Positions 57,321-64,000 of a stretch of DNA of 64,000 nucleotides are shown here, piece after piece. How positions within the stretch are numbered: the stretch's first letter is position 1; the number at the start of each line of letters is the position of its first letter. The translations under genes and the position numbers were made by a program. The notes beneath the pieces are model-generated. The model was not told the origin of the DNA, searched no databases, and was given only the letters and a program-made list of their open reading frames with translations. The DNA is taken from positions 1,440,001-1,504,000 of the forward strand of contig CBDCXV010000011.1 in the NCBI GenBank assembly GCA_965223905.1. The letters run 5' to 3'. The stretch comes from Candidatus Latescibacterota bacterium (lineage in GTDB: Bacteria; Latescibacterota; UBA2968; UBA8231).

Positions 57321-60300
57321 ATGACCGGCCAACTCTTCACCCATTACTTCCTCACCGACGGCATAAAGGCCACCCCCGAGTGGCAGGCCTCGGCTGACCC
57401 GGAGGCCTTCGCCGCCTTCCGGGAGGCAGTGCTCCAGCGGTACGAGACCCTCAGCCGTTCCGCGGACCCCAACGAAGCCGCCACCGAGCAGGACCTGATC
57501 CGGCCGATCCTCGAGCTGCTCGGGTGGACCGACTACCTGCCGCAGCAGGGCACGGCCGGCAAGGAGGACATTCCAGACAACCTCCTTTTCGCCGACGCCG
57601 GCTCCAAGGAGCGCGCCACCGCGGAGCGCAACCCAGGTGGCCGCGCCCGATACGCGATCGCCGTCGAGGAGAGCAAGCGCTTCGGCCTGTCCCTGGACGA
57701 GCGCGACAGGGAGGCCGGCTTCCACGCCAGGTCCCCCCACAGCCAGATCCTCCGCTACCTGGCCACAGCTGAAATCGAGTCCGAGAGCCGGGTCCGCTGG
57801 GGCATCCTCACCAACGGCCGGGTCTGGCGCCTGTACGACTACCGCGCCCGTCCCCGCGCCAGCGGCTACTTCGAGGCCGACCTCGCCGACCTGCTTAATC
57901 CCGACAAGGAAGCGGATCTGCGCGTCTTCCACCTGCTCTTCCGCCGCGGCTCCTTCACGCCGCAGGAGGGAGCCGCGGCCTCCTTCCTCGAAGCCGCGCT
58001 CGCCGAGGGCCGCCGTTACGAGCAACATGTCGCCCAGGATCTTTCGGGTGTGGTGTTCGAAAGCGTCTTCCCGCGGCTCGTCCAGGCGCTCGCGGATGCC
58101 TCCCCGGCCAGCCTCCCCGAGGTCCACAAGGCCGCCCTGATCTTTCTCTACCGTCTGCTTTTCGTACTCTACGCCGAGGATCGGGGCCTGCTGCCGGTCA
58201 ACGACTCCCGCTACGACGACTACGGCCTTCGCAAGCGCGTGCGGGATGACATAGCCCGCAGGATGGCTGAAGGGGACACCTATTCCGCGCTGGCCACCAA
58301 CTACTACGACCGCCTCCAAAATCTCTTTCGGATCATCGACCGGGGAGACCCGTCCATCGGCCTGCCCCCTTACAACGGGGGGCTGTTCGCGTCGCAAGCC
58401 GCGCCCCTGCTGGAAACGGTCCGCCTCCCCGACGCCGAAGTCGCCCCGGTTATTTACGACCTCAGCCACGCCAGGGACGCAGAAGGCGAGCGCCGCTTCG
58501 TCAACTACCGCGACATGTCGGTGCAGCAGCTCGGCTCGATCTACGAGCGCCTGCTCGAACGCGAGCCGGTACGCGAAAACGGGGGCATCGCCATCCGCCC
58601 CAACCCGTACGCCCGCAAGGACAGCGGCAGCTTCTTCACCCCTCAGGAGCTGGTCGACCTCATCGTCGAACGCACCCTCAAGCCGCTGGCGGAAGAGCGT
58701 CTCAAAGCTTTCAAAGAGAAGGCTGCCGCACTCAAGAGCGACCGCCGGCCCAAGGACCAACGGCTAACCGAGCTGCTCAGGCTCGACCCGGCCGAGGCAG
58801 TCCTGAACCTCAAGGTCCTGGACCCGGCCATGGGCAGCGGCCACTTCCTGGTCACGGCGGTGGACTTCCTGTCCGACTACGTCGCCGAGCTGATCGAGAA
58901 GGTCGCCGCAGTCCCGGAGTGGCTCGACGGCGGGTACGCTTCGCCGCTGGTCGGGCGCGTGGCCGCGATCCGCAACGAGATCATCCGGCGTGCGGAAGAA
59001 TCGAACTGGGTCCTCGACCAAGCCCAGCTCACCGACCAGGCCATCATCCGCCGCATGGTCCTCAAGCGCTGCATCTACGGCGTGGACAAGAATCCCCTGA
59101 CCGTCGAGCTGGCCAAGGTGTCGCTGTGGCTGCACAGCTTCACCGTGGGCGCCCCGCTCTCCTTCCTCGACCATCACCTGCGTTGCGGCGACTCGCTGGT
59201 CGGCATGCGGGTAGCAGAGGCGGTGCGGGACCTGAACCGGTTGGGCGGGCTGTTTGCCCAAAGCGCCATCCAGGGCGCGGAGACCGCAACCGAAGGAATG
59301 CGGCTCATCGAGGAGATGTCCGACTCCGACGTGGCCGAGGTGCAGGAGTCGGCGGAGCTGTTCAGCGGGGTGGAGCGGACCACCGCGGACCTGCGCGGCC
59401 TGCTCGACATCCTCTGCGGCTGGCGCTGGCTCACGGCCGGCATGAAGAAGAAGGAGCGCGCGGCCTTCGAGGGACCGCTGGATCTGACGCTCGGCCGGCA
59501 CCAGGCAGACGCGTACAAGCTGTTGGCCCGCGGGCCGGAGTTTTTTGGCGACGATTCGCCCCAGTCCGGGGAGTGGCCGCGGTTCGTCGAGTGCTGGAAC
59601 GAGGCCCGCGCCATCGCCGACCGGGAGGGCTTCCTGCACTGGGAGGTCGCCTTTCCGGGGGTGTGGCGCCAGTGGCAGGACAGCCGCCCGCAGGGAGGGT
59701 TCGACGCCGTCATCGGCAATCCGCCGTGGGACCGCATCAAGTTGCAGGAAGTGGAGTGGTTCGCGACCCGTGATCCGGAGCTCGCCCTGGCGCCAACCGC
59801 GGCGGCAAGGCGAAAGGGCATTCAGCGGCTGCGCGACCAGGGATCGCCCCTGGCGTCCGCGTTCGACAAGGCCAAGGAGCAGTCGGAGGGCTTAGCCCGC
59901 ATGGTCAGATCCTGCGGCGACTACCCCTTGCTTGGAGGCGGCGACGTCAACCTGTACTCGCTGTTCGTCGAGCGGGCCACCGCCCTGATCAGGCCGGACG
60001 GCTTCGTCGGTTTGCTGACTCCTTCGGGCATTTACGCCGACAAGACCGCGGCCCCCTTCTTCAAGTCCGTTTCCACCGGCGGGCGGGTGGGCGGCCTGTT
60101 CGACTTCGAGAACAAGAAAATCTTTTTCAAGGACGTTCATGCCTCTTTCAAGTTCTGCGCTCTCATCTTCGGCGGCGAGGACCGGCACTTCGACCGGACC
60201 GAATGCGCCTTCTTCCTGCACGACACGAGAACACTCGCCGACGAGAACCGCTGCTTTCCGCTGGCCCCGGACGACTTCGTTCGGGTGAACCCGAATACCG

Positions 60301-61352
60301 GAACGGCGCCCGTGTTCCGCAGACGCCGGGACGCCGAGATCACCCGCCGCATCTACGAGCGGCATCCGGTGCTGGTGGACCGCTCCGGGGGTGAGGAGGT
60401 CCGGGCGTGGCCGGTGAAGTACGTGCGCATGTTCGACATGACCAACGACTCCCATCATTTCAAGACCGCCGCCCAGCTTGACGCGGAGGGCTTCTACCCA
60501 GTGCAGGGCAACCGCTGGAAACGGGGGTTGGAACTGTATCTGCCCCTATATGAGGGGAAAATGGTACAACCCTTCGATCACCGCGCCGCCAGCGTGGTGA
60601 TAAACCCGGAGAACCTGAACCGGCCCGCGCAGCCACAGGCAGCTACCAGCGAAGAACTGGCCGACCCGGATTGGGTCCCCAATCCTCAGTTCTGGGTCCC
60701 CAAGAAACCAGGGGAATGGCCCGAAACCTTGGGGTGGACCGTGACCTTTAAAAATGTCACAGCCGTGACGAACGTTCGAACTATGATCACATGTATAGCA
60801 CCGCGCGCCGGTTACGGTAACAGTCTGCCAATCCTGTTTCCAATCGCTCCCGACAAGACAGAGGAATACAAGGAGGGGTCATATCTCCTGGCTGCGAACA
60901 TGAGCGCATACGCTTTCGATTTTGTAACGCGGCAAAAGGTTCAGGGACAGAATTTGAATTGGTTCATTATCGAGCAACTCCCCGTAATCGCCCCCGCCGA
61001 TTACGACCGCCAATTCGGCGCCACCACCGCCCGCGATCTCGTCAAGGACCACGTCCTTCGCCTCACCTACACCTCCCACGACATGGCCCCCTTCGCCCGC
61101 GACCTCGGGTACGACGGACCACCCTTCTCTTGGGACGAGGAGGAACGCCGCCACCTCCGCGCCCGCCTCGACGCCCTCTACTTCCACCTCTACGGCCTCA
61201 CCCGGGAAGATGCGGGGTACGTGCTCGACACCTTCCCGATTGTCCGCCGTGAAGACAAGGTCGCTTTTGGGCGGTACCGCACCCGCGACCTGATCCTGGC
61301 CTACATGAACGCCCTGGCCGCCGGCGACACGGATTCGGTGGTGGCGGTGTAG
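57321..61352 (+). CDS. Type IIG (Eco57I-like) restriction-modification fusion enzyme
   Basis: IPD...VEESK nuclease motif, WGILTNG, GSFFTP, VLDPAMGSGHF, IGNPPW, C-terminal TRD. Confidence 0.9.
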   Translation: MTGQLFTHYFLTDGIKATPEWQASADPEAFAAFREAVLQRYETLSRSADPNEAATEQDLIRPILELLGWTDYLPQQGTAGKEDIPDNLLFADAGSKERATAERNPGGRARYAIAVEESKRFGLSLDERDREAGFHARSPHSQILRYLATAEIESESRVRWGILTNGRVWRLYDYRARPRASGYFEADLADLLNPDKEADLRVFHLLFRRGSFTPQEGAAASFLEAALAEGRRYEQHVAQDLSGVVFESVFPRLVQALADASPASLPEVHKAALIFLYRLLFVLYAEDRGLLPVNDSRYDDYGLRKRVRDDIARRMAEGDTYSALATNYYDRLQNLFRIIDRGDPSIGLPPYNGGLFASQAAPLLETVRLPDAEVAPVIYDLSHARDAEGERRFVNYRDMSVQQLGSIYERLLEREPVRENGGIAIRPNPYARKDSGSFFTPQELVDLIVERTLKPLAEERLKAFKEKAAALKSDRRPKDQRLTELLRLDPAEAVLNLKVLDPAMGSGHFLVTAVDFLSDYVAELIEKVAAVPEWLDGGYASPLVGRVAAIRNEIIRRAEESNWVLDQAQLTDQAIIRRMVLKRCIYGVDKNPLTVELAKVSLWLHSFTVGAPLSFLDHHLRCGDSLVGMRVAEAVRDLNRLGGLFAQSAIQGAETATEGMRLIEEMSDSDVAEVQESAELFSGVERTTADLRGLLDILCGWRWLTAGMKKKERAAFEGPLDLTLGRHQADAYKLLARGPEFFGDDSPQSGEWPRFVECWNEARAIADREGFLHWEVAFPGVWRQWQDSRPQGGFDAVIGNPPWDRIKLQEVEWFATRDPELALAPTAAARRKGIQRLRDQGSPLASAFDKAKEQSEGLARMVRSCGDYPLLGGGDVNLYSLFVERATALIRPDGFVGLLTPSGIYADKTAAPFFKSVSTGGRVGGLFDFENKKIFFKDVHASFKFCALIFGGEDRHFDRTECAFFLHDTRTLADENRCFPLAPDDFVRVNPNTGTAPVFRRRRDAEITRRIYERHPVLVDRSGGEEVRAWPVKYVRMFDMTNDSHHFKTAAQLDAEGFYPVQGNRWKRGLELYLPLYEGKMVQPFDHRAASVVINPENLNRPAQPQAATSEELADPDWVPNPQFWVPKKPGEWPETLGWTVTFKNVTAVTNVRTMITCIAPRAGYGNSLPILFPIAPDKTEEYKEGSYLLAANMSAYAFDFVTRQKVQGQNLNWFIIEQLPVIAPADYDRQFGATTARDLVKDHVLRLTYTSHDMAPFARDLGYDGPPFSWDEEERRHLRARLDALYFHLYGLTREDAGYVLDTFPIVRREDKVAFGRYRTRDLILAYMNALAAGDTDSVVAV

Positions 61353-61499
61353 ATGGGCACTGTTGTGAGGACCGCGGCCACTTGGGATCCAGACCGCCTT
61401 GGCCGAAACGGTTCGACCCGACCAAGCCGTTTGGCGGCAGTTCCGTCGTAGAATCTCGGGCTCGCAAGGAAACATCGGACTCCTAACGGAGTGCACAGG

Positions 61500-64000
61500 A
61501 TGACGGAACAACGAAACGACGAATTCCCCGACCAGCCCTTCCTCAACCGTGTTCGTGATGCGCTCTGGCGTCGTCCGGGTCAAGCGTCCGTGATGATCGG
61601 CAGCGGGTTCTCCCGGAATGCCAGAAAGAGCCGGCCCGATGTCGGGGACATGCCCTTGTGGTCCGATCTGGCGGAGGCACTATCCAAGAGCCTCTCGACC
61701 TCAGGAGATAAACCGGCGTGCGAGGTCGATGCCCTGGAACTTGCGCAGGAGTACGAGCAGGCCTTCGGACGGGCGCGTCTCCACCAGTTCCTCAACGAGT
61801 CGGTGCGCGACGAGGATTTCAGCCCGGGCGAGCCACACCGCAGGCTGTTGAAGCTGCCGTGGAGAGATGTCTTTACCACCAACTGGGACACCCTGTTGGA
61901 ACGTTGCCTTCCGATGCCTGAGCGGGCGTACTCCCTGGTGACCTCGGCGGATCACCTGCCACTGCGCGCGCCTCCCCGCATCGTCAAATTGCACGGGTCC
62001 TTCCCAGGGACCTTCCCTCTGATCGTCACCAAGGACGACTATAGGAAATTTCCGAGGGTTTTTGCTCCCTTCGTGAACACCGTGCAGCAGGCGATGATGG
62101 AGACGGTCTTCCTTTTGCTCGGTTTCTCGGGCGAGGATCCGAACTTCCGGCGTTGGCTGCGCTGGGTCAGAGAGAACCTTGATGAAGCCGCCCCGAGGAT
62201 CTATTGGGCCGGATGGCTGAAGCTGGACGAGTCTGCCCGGGCGAAGTTGATGAAGAAAAACGTCGTTCCGATCGATCTTGCCCGGCATCCGAGAGCAGGC
62301 ATCTGGCCCGAGCCCCTGAAGCACGTGAAGGCGTTGGAATGGGTTCTCCGGTCCTTGGAGCATGGCCGGCCCTATCCACCGGAAGACTGGCCGAGCCATG
62401 TTGCGCCCAGCCGTCCTAGTGTGCTGGCGGACCTCGAGCCTGTGGAGCGGGTTCTGGTCAGGCACCCCAGGGAGGAACCCTCGGAAAAACCGCCGGGAGA
62501 GCCACACGAACCTGCGTATCTGGAGGAAATCAGAGCCCTCCTGCATGTCTGGCGTCACAATCGGAAGTGCTATCCATCCTGGCTGGTCATGCCCTCCGAC
62601 GCGGCGCAGGAAGTTCGTGCATACACGGATCACTGGCAGCCACTCATCCTTGCTGCGTTGCCGCACCTTGCCGGCGGCCCCGAGCGTCTTGGCGCTCTCA
62701 GTGAGCTGGTCTGGCGGCGTGAGGCGGCACTCGATCCGCTCTTCAAGGATCTCGAGGAGGCCGTTGGCGGTGTTCTCGAGGAGATCGACTGCGAGCGTCG
62801 TTTGGTCGGCGGCGAGGTGCCGGGGGATCTGGATTGGGGCCGTGTTCGGCGTCAGTGGCGGACGCTGGCAGCGGCTCTCGTGACGGAGGCCCGATTCGCC
62901 TACGATCGCCCGAAGTTCATGCACTGGATCGAGCAGTTGGCACCGTTCAAGGAGGAAGACGAAGACCTCGTCGAGCGAGTACAGCATGAGAAATGTCTGT
63001 GGGCGTTGAATCAGCAGGACTATGAGAAACTTGAGGGGCTGGTTGGAGAATGGCACCCGCAAGCCTCGGATCCCGTTTGGCTGTTGCGGAAAGCCGCACT
63101 CCTGGCAGAATTGGGCCGTACCGATGACGCAAGGGAACGCGCCCTCGGCGTGCTGGAGACGGTGCGGAGGTGGCCTGACGGTCCGGAGAGTCTGGCCGGC
63201 GTCTCAAGGGAGGCATGGGCCCGGCGGCTCGCCCACGTGACCGACGAGGATAGAAAGGACACGATCTCGAGTTTGCGGGTGTTGGAATCGAGGTACCGCG
63301 AGTTGGCGCAATATCGATGCGACCCGACAGCTGAGTTACAAGCCCACGAGCGGGCAGTCTTGGGCAGCCCTCCGGTCGAGAAGCAAAGGCCGTTCGATCT
63401 CGGCAGGAGGACCGCCGAGGGTTTGAGCTTCAGCAACGTGGCCAATCATCGGGCTCTGGCGGCCCTGCGCGCGATCCGGTTCGTCGAGGTCGTCGGATCG
63501 CCGAGTTTCGTCAGCGGTGACCTCCTGGGCCGTGCGGCGGAAGCGCTCCTACCCTACAGCCCGGAATGGGCCTCCGCCCTTACCGTCCGCTGCGCGGACG
63601 GTGGCGCTGATCGGCGGTTCTCGAGGACCCTGTCGCGTTGGCGGATCGCATTCATGAAGCCGGAGTTGGCCCGGTCTTTGGCGGAATCCCAGCGCCGTAC
63701 GATCGAGTTCGCACTCGAGCAAGTGGAACGCAGCACCGGTGCGGTTCAAACCTGGTGGCTCTGGAGCCAACGCCTGGAGGCGGCGATGGAGGCGTTGTCC
63801 CGGTTTGTTCTTCGCTTGAAACCCGAAGAAGTGGAGAGGGTGCTGCAGTTGGCGCAGTCCCTTTACCGCAATCCCCGGATCCACTCGCGCATTCAGTATT
63901 CCGAGCCCTTGGGCAATCTCCTGCGCAGGTCATGGGAGGCCCTTCCCGGTTCCCTCCAAGCGCAACATGCACTGGACCTTCTCCGCCTGCCCATCGTCGG
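61500..64000 (+). CDS. SIR2-domain anti-phage NADase, Dsr1-like (partial, runs off window)
   Basis: Not in the ORF track because there is no stop in the window. MTEQRNDEFPDQPFLNRVRDALW, VMIGSGFS, VFTTNWDTLLE, IVKLHGS, LLGFSGEDPNF, then a long helical region. Confidence 0.85.
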   Translation, partial: MTEQRNDEFPDQPFLNRVRDALWRRPGQASVMIGSGFSRNARKSRPDVGDMPLWSDLAEALSKSLSTSGDKPACEVDALELAQEYEQAFGRARLHQFLNESVRDEDFSPGEPHRRLLKLPWRDVFTTNWDTLLERCLPMPERAYSLVTSADHLPLRAPPRIVKLHGSFPGTFPLIVTKDDYRKFPRVFAPFVNTVQQAMMETVFLLLGFSGEDPNFRRWLRWVRENLDEAAPRIYWAGWLKLDESARAKLMKKNVVPIDLARHPRAGIWPEPLKHVKALEWVLRSLEHGRPYPPEDWPSHVAPSRPSVLADLEPVERVLVRHPREEPSEKPPGEPHEPAYLEEIRALLHVWRHNRKCYPSWLVMPSDAAQEVRAYTDHWQPLILAALPHLAGGPERLGALSELVWRREAALDPLFKDLEEAVGGVLEEIDCERRLVGGEVPGDLDWGRVRRQWRTLAAALVTEARFAYDRPKFMHWIEQLAPFKEEDEDLVERVQHEKCLWALNQQDYEKLEGLVGEWHPQASDPVWLLRKAALLAELGRTDDARERALGVLETVRRWPDGPESLAGVSREAWARRLAHVTDEDRKDTISSLRVLESRYRELAQYRCDPTAELQAHERAVLGSPPVEKQRPFDLGRRTAEGLSFSNVANHRALAALRAIRFVEVVGSPSFVSGDLLGRAAEALLPYSPEWASALTVRCADGGADRRFSRTLSRWRIAFMKPELARSLAESQRRTIEFALEQVERSTGAVQTWWLWSQRLEAAMEALSRFVLRLKPEEVERVLQLAQSLYRNPRIHSRIQYSEPLGNLLRRSWEALPGSLQAQHALDLLRLPIV

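Noticed and set aside
57321-61352. DISARM or BREX assignment for the methyltransferase
   Set aside because: No drmABC, pglZ or brxC nearby, and it has its own nuclease domain.
61701-63062. 453-aa minus-strand ORF and other long Arg/Pro/Gly-rich overlapping ORFs
   Set aside because: Shadow frames of real high-GC genes; here the real gene is the + strand SIR2 frame.

Overview
High-GC bacterial chromosomal window. The many PhyH-type dioxygenases, enolase-superfamily enzymes, PLP enzymes, an ankyrin protein and a PKD protein resemble sponge or marine symbiont genomes (inference only). Catabolic genes alternate with four defence or DNA-processing blocks. (1) 1-10184, minus strand: type I R-M operon hsdM-[ABC ATPase-DUF4276]-[abiEi-abiEii]-hsdS-[inverted, decayed RelE-type TA]-fic-hsdR. 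(2) 26870-34612, minus strand: a tightly coupled archaeal-style nurA-herA-mre11(sbcD)-rad50(sbcC) operon with a low-GC HTH/GIY-YIG gene (premature stop) inserted after nurA. (3) 40796-46141: a fused MNT-HEPN gene and mcrBC. (4) 51922->64000, plus strand: AAA_14/DUF4143 ATPase, a large NACHT/STAND-like NTPase with a C-terminal PD-(D/E)xK-like domain and an apparent ~72-nt in-frame palindromic insert, a type IIG R-M fusion, and a Dsr1-like SIR2 protein running off the window. Other features are a phnY*/phnZ-like pair, a probable triple-Rid-domain protein, a cold-shock gene, and several genes collapsed by internal deletions (an ABC operon, a PhyH mini-gene, a mutarotase). No rRNA, tRNA, CRISPR array, integrase or transposase was recognised. 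All assignments come from motif reading, not database searches.
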